Below the pieces are notes generated by a model that worked only from the letters and a program-made list of their open reading frames with translations, did no database searches and had not been told where the DNA came from. The translations under genes and the position numbers were made by a program. A stretch of 64,000 nucleotides of DNA. Source: Octopus sinensis. Taxonomy: Eukaryota. This document shows positions 1-11,689 of this stretch, piece by piece. Within the stretch, counting starts at the first letter, position 1; every line of letters begins with the position of its first letter. The stretch is from positions 2,728,001 to 2,792,000 of the forward strand of contig NC_043018.1 in NCBI RefSeq assembly GCF_006345805.1. The letters are read 5' to 3'.

Positions 1-240
1 TGCTGCTGCTGTTACTGCAGCTGTTACTGTTGCTGTTGTGGCTGCTGTTTTTGTTGCTATCGTTGTTGCTGCTGTTGTTGCTGCTGCTGCTACAACGGTT
101 GCTGCTGTTGCTGTTGATGCTGTTACTGCTGCTGTTTTTGTTGATGTCGTTGTTGCTGCTGCTGTTGCTGCAGTTATTGATGATGACAGTTAAGCTGAAG
201 ATAACGATGACGGTGGTGTTCATGATGATAGCAATTGCGA
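1..240. repeat. Degenerate (TGC/TGT/TGA)n trinucleotide repeat
   Basis: Direct reading; explains the poly-Leu ORF 30..257. Confidence 0.9.
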
Positions 241-656
241 CTAGTCTCGATATCTAGACATATGAATGAAAAGACATACATAAAACAAAGCGTACAAATC
301 TGCACGTATACATATAAACATATATACATACACATGATGATGAAGATGATTATCGGAACAATGATAGAAAACTTGAACGGTCACTAATAAGAGGATCACT
401 ATCGGAAACACGGAGGACAAACATTTCCTGTGAAAACATTGAATGCGCAAAGCCACGCAGATTTCCGCGATAGGCGTATCCACACAAACTAATGCCTTCC
501 TTCTCGAATGTTTGGAATTTAGATACAAGATCATATGTACGTCTATAAGTGAATGTTTAACGGAGAATGATGCGACAGCTTCTGATCGCGACAATGTTTT
601 TTTCATCCAATATGATTAAGCATTTGTGATAAATGCTAATGCATTTGAATATGTAT

Positions 657-687
<31 letters not shown>

Positions 688-691
<4 letters not shown>

Positions 692-897
692 TTCTTTAGT
701 ACCCACAAGGGGCTACACACAGAGGGGACAAATAAGGACAGACAAACGGATTACGTCGACCCCAGTGCGTAACTGGTACTTAATTTATCGACCTCGAAAG
801 GATGAACGGCAAAGTCGACCTCGGCGGAATTTGAACTCAGAACGTAACGGCTACGCATTTCGCCCAGCGTGCTAACGTTTCTTCCAGCTCGCCGCCT
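688..897 (-). mobile_element. tRNA-derived SINE family A, variant with Tx1-like 3' tail
   Basis: Minus strand reads GGCGGCGAGCTGG..GTTCTGAGTTCAAATTCCGCC (A/B boxes), core GCCGTTCATCCTTTCGAGGTCGATAAA, tail ..AGCCCCTTGTGGGTACTAAAGAAAT. Many homologous copies in the window. Confidence 0.85.
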
Positions 898-950
898 TAT
901 GTATATATGTATATATATATATATATATAATATATATATATTATATATAT

Positions 951-996
<46 letters not shown>

Positions 997-1777
997 TATG
1001 TGTGTGTGTGTGTGTTTGTGTGTGTGTTTGTATATCTTATGCTTTTATCTCTCAATTGTTAAAGTCGCTGGGGTACGGTGATATTGAGGTACGTCTTTAA
1101 AGGGAATAATTGAAAATATCGCACCCTGATCTTATTTTTAAGCTTCTTTCTTAATCTATCCGATCTTCCGCCAAGTCAGTAGCTCACAGGGACGTATATC
1201 GACAAATGCAGGTTTTCAAGCGTCGGACAAATATTAGGAACAGAGATTCTAACAAACACACACTCACCGTACATACATATGTAGGTATGTACATATATGT
1301 ATGCGTATATGCATATATTTATATATTATTTATTTTATTATATGATCGAACACCATGCGTCCTTTTCCAAGTAAGTTTTATCTTAATAATTACGATGCGC
1401 ACTCTTTTCCTATCTCTTCTATCTCTTCTCTGTCTCTCTCTCTCTCTCCCTCTCTTGTTCTTCATCCTTTCTGTTTTTCCCTCCCACCCTTCCCTATTCT
1501 TCTCCTCACTTCTTCATGTGTTTATGTTGATTGTTAAAGAGTTAACTTTTCCTGCAACTTCAGTTGCAGTAAACACAACACTAATAATATACGGAGATCA
1601 TTTGATTTGGTTCCTCTGTGACATTATTGTTTTCAATAAAAATTTCCTGGAAGCGAATGAACATGAACGTGCAGATACTGATATATATATATACTTACAG
1701 AAACACACACACACACACATATACACACAGGCACTTATATATGCATACACACATACATACATGCCTATATATATATA

Positions 1778-1818
<41 letters not shown>

Positions 1819-3149
1819 CAAGATGGCAAACTAGTTGCCGCTTAGATCAAAATGCTTAGTGTGTTTCTTCCGGCTTTAGGTTCAAATGCCGTCGCGGTCG
1901 ACTGGAGTTGATGTAATTGATTTAAACTCAACCCTTGCCATGTTGTTCTTGTGCCAAAATTAGAATCCTGTAAATGTGTGTATATGCGTAAGTTGGCAGT
2001 TATGAACTTATCACTCTGCTAGCTAACATTTTTCGTGTTTTCTTCAAAATACCTGTATATACATTTATATATAATGTAATGTTCCATTATAGATAATTCA
2101 ACAAAAGTAGTACTTCGTCTGGTGAGAGATAAATATTATGCTTTTAAGGACACAATGTATACTTATATAAGTTTAGAAATATCTCAAACGTATTAATCTG
2201 GCACAGACCGTATATCATAACGAACCAAAAATAATTATGAGAAGAAACAGGAAAAAAAAGAGGAGGCAGCATATAGAAAACGCGGAAGGTTAAGAACGGA
2301 AAACGAAAAAAAAAATACATCAAGAAAAGGCGGAATTTTCCAATTCTTCAAAATATATTTACACATATGCTTACAACCGCTGTAAATTTCAGATCTACGG
2401 TCCTGAAGTGAGTCGAAGGAACTTAGATCTGAACAGGATCTTCGCTCTTTCAGCTGAACAAATCATACATTTCTTCGATCCCTTAAAATAAGGTACGTAT
2501 TTCTGAATTGTGTTGCATTTAATAACACGTGGTGTTTCGATGTAGCTAGACAATTTAGTAGTTTCGCTATTGTCTTTATGTCGGAAGAAGGTTATGTGAT
2601 TGTCATAGCGATTTTTTAATTCTTCTTCACATAATCCAGTATAGCTCTTTTTTAACTGTTATATTATTACTTCTGCTTCATATATAATAGATTTAAACAT
2701 ACATCGTTGGTCAAGTGGACAGGATCCTGCGTCGTGACACCTACAACCGGATTTAGGCTTTTGGCATTGATCACGTAATGATACTCTTTATATTAGGGTA
2801 GAAAATACATGATAATTTCACAGAACGCTTATTCAGTAATTTCCTGTATCTGTGAGTTACTGGAAAGTGTTTGTTTAGGAGGGATAGGAACTTTTTTTCA
2901 CCTTTGTTAGTTTTTGTATTAAAGGTCAAATGATGGGTGAATCAAATAATTTTCCTTGGTCTATTTTTAGCTCGCTTATTGTTATTATTATTATTCTCAT
3001 TAATTTAGTGGGGTTATGCATTACGTTATCTGTGATGCAGCTAGATCTATTATCATTATCAATCTGATTAATACTTGAAAGATTATATATTGATTTATGT
3101 TTGAAACCACTATGGGCTAGCGCAATATATATATATATATATATAATAT

Positions 3150-3600
3150 TTGCAATTCAAAGGGCCAGCTTTGTCACATTCTGTGTTATACTGAAGTTCC
3201 CTGGTAACTACATTAAGGGTACACGTGTCTGTGTAGTACTCAGTCACTTTCACGCTAATTGAATGAGCGTGTATACATATCCTTAACCCTCCGTCGTTAT
3301 AAACGAAGGAAGTCCAAATGATCCGACCAACGGAACTGTCTGCTCTGGAAATTAATCTATAATTGACAGAACACTCCACAGACACACAGACAGATATGCT
3401 TTAACTTAGTTCTGAGGAAGACTCAGCATGACACTTCACAGGTTGGCCGTTTGAATTACAAGTACATATTATTCTTGCCAAGTGTTGACTCGAGATATGT
3501 GAAATAAAGTCTCTTTCGGAAGGACATAACGCACTGACAGGGATCGAACTCAAGAACTGACAACCATGAGCCGAATACCATAACCATGAAGCCAAACGCC
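3150..3600. mobile_element. Two decayed SINE family B-related pieces in opposite orientations
   Basis: 3155-3330 matches 12990-13160 (TTCAAAGGG.CAGC.TTGTCAC..TTAAGGGTACACGTGTCTGTG); 3350-3590 is a reverse-oriented related copy. Confidence 0.65.
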
Positions 3601-3607
3601 TTCACTA

Positions 3608-3673
<66 letters not shown>

Positions 3674-3697
3674 GTGTCTGTCTATCTGTCTGTCTAG

Positions 3698-4504
3698 GTG
3701 TGGTCGCCGTTTGTGAGGCACGCTTTCCCGCAGCTCGTCTCCATGACCGAACTGCAGTCGTGGATCAAAAAGAGGCCGAGGAATGGCGAATGGCACCGCG
3801 AGTGTCGCGTTGCTCTCAAGCAACTCTGCCGTCCTGGGTCGACCTTAAGTGACTTCAACACAACCAAAGCATTCTATAGGGGTTTAGTGGAGGGGAGGTA
3901 CGACGACGAGCTCGGGGCGAACCTGGACGTCGACGAGGAGTACCTGACCCGCCTGTTCGGGACGACTTTCGGGCCAGGGCCCATGGACAACTTCCAGAGA
4001 TCCCTGGCCTGGCAGTGCTACCGAGAAGCGCTACCCGTTCGGGATAAGCTCTACAGGCACGGCTCGAGAAACACGGGGCCGACCTGCCCGAGATGCGGTC
4101 AGAGCGACGAAACCGTTCTGCACGCACTCGTTCAGTGTCCAACAATTTCCGACCTGTGGGCTTATGTCGAACAACTGCTGTCACGTGTGGGACGAGTCGG
4201 TTTATCAGCTGAGTCTATCGTCAATATTGTCACGCCTCCTTCCTTCAAACGGGAAGGAAGAGCTATTTTCATCATCCTTGTGGCTATGGCGAAAGAATGT
4301 ATCTGGTGGACGCGTCTGAAAGGATTGGAGACAAACACTTTCCTCTCTGGTCAATCTCTCATCAACTTCTTCAAGTACCACTTGAAAAGGAAAGTTAGAG
4401 TAGAGAGGCAAGTTTTGTCTAGCGAATGTTTTAAAAAAAGATGGGTGAATGTAGCAAGAATGGCACGTATGAATGACGAAGCCACCTTGAGCATAGTCCT
4501 ATGA
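3698..4504 (+). pseudogene. Partial LINE ORF2 (zf-RVT/CCHC region)
   Basis: ORF track 3698..4504; CX2CX8HX4C motif; no true start codon (5' truncation). Confidence 0.85.
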
Positions 4505-4889
4505 ACCGAGAAATCGAAAACAGAGAGTTGCTTATTTGCAACAAAAAAAAAAAAAAAAAAGAAATATAAAATGTGACTTCATTGACCGAGGTTACCGTGG
4601 TCTTTTCCGTAGGCTTTTCTTTCCACGGGTAAACCTCACCTGTCCTCCCCTTTACACTTCATATTGACATTTCTGTGATAACGATCCCTATTGATCAATT
4701 TTTTTTTCCTCTCCCCCTTTTTTTTTTTAACCCCCCTTTTTTTGTCCTCTTTCTCTCCTTTTACGATCCCTTCCGATCGAAACTCCCCCTTCATTTTTTT
4801 TTTTTTTTTTTTTAAACCTTCAAAAGAAAAGCTCTACCTTGTAATTTGTTCTATCTGTGTGCAGCCCTGTGTGGCTAATAAAGAAACAT
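3698..4889 (+). mobile_element. 5'-truncated Tx1/L1-clade non-LTR retrotransposon (ORF2 C-terminus + 3' UTR)
   Basis: Uninterrupted 268-codon frame with zf-RVT-like W..Y.EALPV and CPRC..ETVLHALVQC zinc knuckle; T-rich 3' UTR ending AATAAAGAAAC; starts directly after (TATC)n. Confidence 0.9.
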
Positions 4890-6114
4890 ATCTATGTATC
4901 TCTCTCTCAATATATATATATATATATATGTTGTGTGTGTGTGTGTGGTGTGTGTGTGTGTGTGTGTGTGTATTGGGAGAGATAGAGCGGGGAAAAAGAT
5001 ATGTATATATGTGTGTATGTGTGTGCATACGTGTGCATAGGTGTGTCTGTATGTATGCAAGTGTGTATGTATGTACGTATGTATGTATGTATGCAACATT
5101 ATTTATGATTTTCTATTTCTATGCGATTCTTCCATCGCTACATTTGTACACTATACATTTTTCCCCTCTCCTTCTGCTGATATTTCAATATCAATGTTTA
5201 CTTGTCTTTTGTCGTGTGTATTCATATTTATATATTCATTTATTCTTGACCTGTGCTCTTTTAATATTTTCATCTTTTCACATTTTGCATATAAATAACT
5301 CTTTGCTGATTACCAATAAAATGAATTATGATATCCAATATTACATAAATGATGGCGACATGCGATGTTTTATCAGGTTAACTTTTGTGAAACTAACAAT
5401 CTAATAATAATAACTATATTTTTGATAAGAAACATCAATTGTATAGTATTAAAATAGACTGTACATGAAGTAAGAGGCGATGGAGAATTATGTGTGCACG
5501 GTCATTGAAAGTTGTTAAATATTATAATAAACTTTGTTTTAATGTCTGCGATAATTAAAAGAAAAATGAAGAACAATAGAAGCCGAACAAATAAGTTTAT
5601 TTATTCATTGTTTGTATTTAATTATTCAAGATATGTATTTAAAATATTCCTGAAACAGAGATTTATGTATAAAATGACACAAATCTTTCTATCATAAATA
5701 TTGCCATATATCTCTCTTAATATCAGTATGCATGTATGTATGTATGTATGTATGTATGTATGTATGTATGTATGTATTATGCATTATGTATGTATGTGCG
5801 TGTGTGTGTATGTTTATGTATGTATGTGTGTATGTATGTATGTATATATGCATGTATGTATGTATGTATGTATGTATGTATATATATATATATATCAAGT
5901 TGCTTATCTACCTATATAATCTAACTATCCACCTCTTTCTCTATATATCAGCGTTTTCTGATGTATATATCGATACATGAACGGTTGTATGGCTGAGTAA
6001 CCAGATTCTTAACCATCTGTCTTGGGTTCAATCCTACAGCGCGTCAATTTGAGCTAGGGATTTGTAACATATTCCAGGCCAACCAAACCATTTGAAGTAA
6101 ATTTTGTTGTGTGC

Positions 6115-6189
<75 letters not shown>

Positions 6190-6879
6190 TCTGTCTGCCT
6201 CTCTGTGTGTGTCTGCATGTATATATGTATGTATGCCATTATACATATATTTCAAGAGTTCTTGCCACTAGAGTAACATCCGGTTTCTAACCTAGATCCA
6301 GCGCTACTTCACTGGAATTTCAGCATCAACAACAGGGTATTTCTTTATGTATGTATGTATGTATGTATGTATGTATGTATGTATGTATGTATGTATGTAT
6401 GTATATATGTATAAGTGCAGATTTGTATGTTTTGTTTTATGTATGTCATATATATATGCCTACATATCTAGACATGCTCATATATACTTAAATATATGTA
6501 TGCTTGTATCTCTGTGCGTAAGCCCATTTGTTTGTGCCTTTTTGTTCGAGACTGTCTCAAACCATTTCTAGACAACCAGTGATGGCTTCATTAGAAGCTC
6601 CCCGTAATCTAGTTGTTTGGCAACGGACAGCAATGGAATCCGTTGGTACAAGGCTTATTACAAAGTACGTTTGTAGATCCTTTCGACCAAAACTTTCTCT
6701 GCCTGCAGTAGACGCACACACATACACACACACACATCTTTACATAGTTTTACACGCAGGAATGAATTCTTAACAATGAGATGATTCCAAATTTAATCGA
6801 GAAAAAATTACTATAGCCCTTCTCTGATCTAAAGAGCATTTATCCTTCTACAGTAGAAAAAAAATCTCACCTCCAGAGA

Positions 6880-7880
6880 GACTATATAAAGCTAAGATTA
6901 TCTAAAAGGCATCATATTCCTATACTAGCTCAGTTGGCATAAATTTCAAAGTTTCTCTCAATACTATTCCTGTTAAAACGTAGTCAGTTTTCTGGCTGTT
7001 TTGGTCTTGATGGCCTTTTTTATCTGCCCCATCATGTTGGCATTTTACTCTCCATTCATGATGTGGCCCTTTTGATAGTCAATAAACTTTTTTAATAGTC
7101 AATAAACATAATGCCTTTTACATCCCAAGAAACTGAGACCATAACCTGCCCTGCAGGTGAAAATAACTTAGCCTACTTTCGAACAGGTGAGAAGGGTTGT
7201 TTCCTTTATATGGTTTATCACTTTGAATTTGGCTCACAGTGATGAACCCATCATTCATCCAGAGTTAGGAAACGTTCCAGAGAACCAGCTTGATGTCTCA
7301 AAATGCATCAGAGTTTCCTTGGTTTTATCAGACTTGTGCGCTTTGGTCAGCTGTCAGAAGACGTGGCAACCTGCGATCAAAAGCCTTCGACATGCCAAGA
7401 TCATCGTGCAGAATATTCTCACGGAAAATGCTAATAGAATTCACTATTTGGTTCATAGTCAATCGCATGTTATCCTTGACTGTGTGGTGAACACAACCAA
7501 TGTATTCCTCGGTGATAGCAGTTGCAGGAAGTGCAGGTTTTCGGTCATCTCTAACGCTTTCCCCAATCCTAATTTCATCTGCCCAGTTTTTCACTGAATA
7601 TAAGGCTGGAGCGTCAGCCCCTAATGTATCAACCATTTCATCATGAATGTCTTTTGAGGTTCAACCATTTTTGTGCAGATAATTGATAATAATTCGATGC
7701 CAAACTGCGTCGATTTTCAAGAGAAGTCACAACCAGTTACTTTTATAGTCAGCTTTAAAGAACCAGTTATCAGTTTATTGGAAAGAAAATAATACTGTTA
7801 TGAAGAAGGAGAGGTAAATGTTTCGTAGTTCTGGCATCACTCCTTCATAGTCAGCCTACGAACTGTTCGGCCTACTCTCG
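6880..7880 (-). mobile_element. Decayed mariner (Tc1/mariner) transposon
   Basis: ORF 7328..7636 (LGADAPA..VKNW..ESVRDD..ILHDDLGMSK..PRLLT) is mariner HTH/linker-like; TIR-like end ..CTCG followed by TA at 7881. Left boundary approximate. Confidence 0.85.
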
Positions 7881-8849
7881 TAAAAGTAATACCTACAATA
7901 GAAGTTAGGCTGGAGATGTCTTTCGTAGTTGAATTAAGATGTAAGGGAACACAATAATGCACAAAATGTGTAGAAAGAGAAACGTAGAGAGACACAGATA
8001 CATAGAGAGATCCATGCATATATAAATACATACATACAAACTTACATAGGCAGACAGACAGGTGGATAGATAGAGACATAGATAACTACTTTTATATACC
8101 TACATATATACGTACATACATATAAATTATATATACACGTACATAGATATATATCTATATATTTATTTCTGCACGTACATAGGCGTATTCGTACATATAG
8201 ATAAATAGATAGATATGAGTGTATGTATATATAAACAAATACATATGCATATATCTATGAATATGTGTATGCGTACGCATGTGTGTGTGTGTGCATGTGC
8301 GCGTGTGTGCTTATATACTTATATAGATATTTCTACCTCACAGCATACTTTATCTTAATTCCACAACTTCACAGACTACTAATTAAAACTATTTGAAGAA
8401 AGTAAAAATATTAATTATTGAGTTTACTTTTAAGTTCAATTATAATATCTAGATAGCAGAAAGTAAGGTATTAATTTAAGAAGTTAAGCTGAAATTAGTT
8501 GAAAGAGTAATAATGTATAACCGGTTAGCTCTGGAATATGAATGAAACATGGAATATTAAATCGAAGTCAAAGATTCCATCAAAGATAAAAAGGCCGAAA
8601 GGGTTTCATTGAAGAAGAATATTTAAAATGTATTTGAACAGTAATATTGCGTAAAATATATGTTAGGAAAGATAGATGAATATTAAAATCTGTGCACAAT
8701 GTATATGTGTAAATATATAGATATAGATATAGATTTGTATGTATATGTGTGTGTGTGTATGTGTGCGATTATGTGTGTTTGCATGCTTGTGTGTGTACGT
8801 GTGTGTTGTGTGTGCATACGTGTAATGCTAATTGGTAAGCTGTCATTGG

Positions 8850-9800
8850 TTTAAAATTTTGATTGGAACATTTCATGGAAGAGAGACGGCAATTATAATT
8901 ATTTATTAAACATAAATGAAAAGGCTTTGACTTGAAAAATTGCCTGGAGGGGCAATGTCAAATGAAATATAACGAAGAAAGAGGATGAGGCTATAATAGG
9001 CACAGCGATGAATAACTTGGTGGAGCTTATTAATTCGGGTGTAAATGAATAAAGATATGCGACGAAAATGCCAGAATATTTAAATTGAAGCTGAAACGTG
9101 ATAAAATAAGAGAGTGAGTAGTCTAATCATTATTTAATTAAGATACTCTGAAGAAATTAGGATCCTCACAAGCTCCACATATATAAATCATCCAGCTCTG
9201 TCTATCGCATGGAATTGTATAGAAATTGACGGTCTATCAAGGGATTTTAAATAATGTATTTAATTAGTTAGAAAGCCATTGAAGTACAATCACGAAAGTA
9301 GATTCGAAAGATGGGTCAAGATTAAATAAATATGTTGAACGAATCTAGATAAGTTTGTATTAGGGGAGCGATATCGAGACGTAAATTCAAGTATTTAATT
9401 ACTTGGGAAAGAAAGGAAGAATAAGTGTGGAGGCAAACACAGCTGAAAGCTGCAAAATTTTAATAAAGGAGAAGTAATTTAGAGGGAAATGTGAAAAATA
9501 GGCATTTAGATAACATTATATGAATGAAATGGCGTACAAGTAACCTTTTGGATGAGTGAAACGTAAAATACAAGTAAAACATTATTATAAGCATCTTGTA
9601 TGTGTGGAAGAAAATTTGCTAATAATTATAAAACTCCCGTAATTAGAAATGCCAAATTGGATATAGACCATAATAGACGTTTGCAATTTAGCTGTGGTGG
9701 CAATAATAAGGTTGAAAATGTACTTAATTTTTTGTATGGGATATGAGATCATTTTAAGAATGTCTGTTTAGGATTCGGTCTATATTGCAGCATTTCTAAA
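8850..9800 (+). mobile_element. Possible highly decayed LINE 3' region
   Basis: Purine-rich coding-like bias and a zinc-knuckle-like remnant near 9690-9745; a related ~110-bp segment recurs at 10767-10890. Confidence 0.3.
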
Positions 9801-9964
9801 AATGTTGATGCAAAAATACCTGCGATTCTACTTTTTTTGTGTATAGTTCAACATTTGTTACTATTTACCAATTTAGGTCATCATGTATAGAGCGATACAT
9901 CATCTGCCTATTCTCTTTCCCTCTATCACTCCCTGTCCCCCCTCTCTCTCGTTATCCCTCTCTA

Positions 9965-10029
<65 letters not shown>

Positions 10030-10138
10030 GAAAGAAGCCCGTCGTATATATATATATTTATATATATAATATTATTAGAGACAAACAAGGAAAGACTTAA
10101 TCAATACATAAAATTTTAATAAAAAGTCAAAAAAACCG

Positions 10139-10181
10139 CCACTACAATTGTTTCTTGTCCTAATCGACAATCTTCAGGTGG
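10139..10181 (-). ncRNA. Minimal type-I hammerhead ribozyme (mirror copy)
   Basis: Exact reverse complement of 10232-10274. Confidence 0.85.
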
Positions 10182-10231
10182 ACTTCCAATTTTCAAGTCA
10201 GTTTCAAGAAACTGACTTGAAAATTGGAAGT

Positions 10232-10274
10232 CCACCTGAAGATTGTCGATTAGGACAAGAAACAATTGTAGTGG
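10232..10274 (+). ncRNA. Minimal type-I hammerhead ribozyme
   Basis: CCAC-CUGAAGA-UUGUC(gauuag)GACAA-GAAAC-AAUU-GUA-GUGG: all core nucleotides, 4-bp stem I, 5-bp stem II, palindromic stem III (ACAAUUGU). Predicted cleavage after 10270. Confidence 0.85.
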
Positions 10275-10720
10275 CGGTTTTTTTGACTTTTTATTAAAAT
10301 TTTATGTATTGATTAAGTCTTTCCTTGTTTGCTTTGCAAAATAGTGGTTTTGTCTCTAATAATATTATATAATATTTTACTATAAAATTGGATTTAATCC
10401 TAAATCTGATTTTTTCCCTGTAAATTTGGATTTATTCCCTAATATTTATTATATTTATATATATATATATTTGACTGTATGTGTATGTGTGTATGTGTCT
10501 GTGTGTGTGTGTGTGTGTGTTTGTCTCCGCAACATCGCGTGACAACCGCGGTTGGTGTGTTTACATCCCCGTAACCTAGCGGTTCGGCCTAAGAACCGAT
10601 AGAATAAGTACTAGGATTACAAAGAATAAGTCCGGGGGTCAGTTTATTCGACTAAAGGTCGTGCTCCAGCATGGCCGAAGTCAAATGACTGAAACAAATA
10701 AAAGAATAAAAGTTTAAAAG

Positions 10721-10761
<41 letters not shown>

Positions 10762-11117
10762 CTTTAAATAAAGGAGATGTAATTTAGAGGGAAATGGGAA
10801 AACTTGGCGATTACATAACATTATATGAACGAAACGGCGAAGAAATAACATTTTGGATGACAGTAACGTGATCTCAAAACGTAACCACATGTGAATCGTT
10901 GGTGATATTTTTTCTCTCCGTCTTCCTTTCTCTTAGACTTTCCTCTGTCTCCTCTTTCTGAAGAGATTTGCACGAAATGTAAAACCACCTTTCTTTGCTT
11001 CCTTGAGCGTTTGCTAATACTTTGCATGTACCACGTCCTTGGGTTCTTTCTTTAATGTGTTTGTTCTTCGTTTTTACTCATATATATATGTATGTGTGTG
11101 TGTGTGTGTGTGTGTGT

Positions 11118-11396
11118 GGAGGCGCAATGGCCCAGTTGTTAGAGCAGCGGACTCGCGGTCGTAGGATCACGGTTTCGATTGCCAGACCGGGCGTTGTCAG
11201 TGTTTATTGAGCGAAAACACCTAAAGCTCCACGAGACTCCGGCAGGGGATGGTAGTAATCCCTGCTGCACTCTTTCACCACAAATTTCTCTCGCACTTTC
11301 TTCTTAGCCAGCGGGTTGGCGTCATTGAGGGCTAAAACAATGTGAAGCGACCAGTGATGTGTAGCAACGTGTGAGGGCCTGGTCGGTCACGTGATT

Positions 11397-11403
<7 letters not shown>
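11118..11403 (+). mobile_element. tRNA-derived SINE family C
   Basis: GGCGCAATGGCCCAGTTGTTAGAGCAGCGG..GGTTTCGATTGCC tRNA-like head; short (CACGTGAT)-like tail; sits between (TG)n and (TA)n. Confidence 0.75.
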
Positions 11404-11440
<37 letters not shown>

Positions 11441-11445
<5 letters not shown>

Positions 11446-11590
11446 AATATAATTCCAAAACTTACAGGGAGAAATTCGATTTAGCAATTTAAAATCAAAT
11501 TTCACAATATATAATGTATGTATATAATTTAGAGAAAATTCTCTGTTAAACAATTCAATAGTGAAAGATATTATTCACACCATATAGAAA
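11441..11590 (-). mobile_element. 3' end of PLE pLTR family related to 10335-10445
   Basis: TAGGGAAT..CCAAA..TTACAGGGA.AAA.TC.GATTTAG matches the reverse complement of 10385-10442; abuts (TA)n. Confidence 0.6.
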
Positions 11591-11614
11591 ACATAGATAG
11601 ATAGATAGATAAAC

Positions 11615-11650
<36 letters not shown>

Positions 11651-11689
11651 ATACATGTATATTTATGTTTATATATATATATTCTTAAT

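Larger units (their letters stand above)
10063..10445. mobile_element. Penelope-like pLTR fragment with inverted duplication (palindrome)
   Basis: Perfect inverted repeat 10082-10205 / 10208-10331; contains HHR motif; the distal segment 10370-10445 is related to 11441-11590. Confidence 0.8.
10028..10712 (+). mobile_element. SINE family D (internal microsatellite), 5'-truncated, hosting a PLE-derived insert
   Basis: CTGAAAGAAGCCCGTCG-(TA)n..(TG)n-GACAACCG..TGCTCCAGCATGGCCG.AGTCAAATGACTGAAAC; same layout as 38603-38965. Confidence 0.8.
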
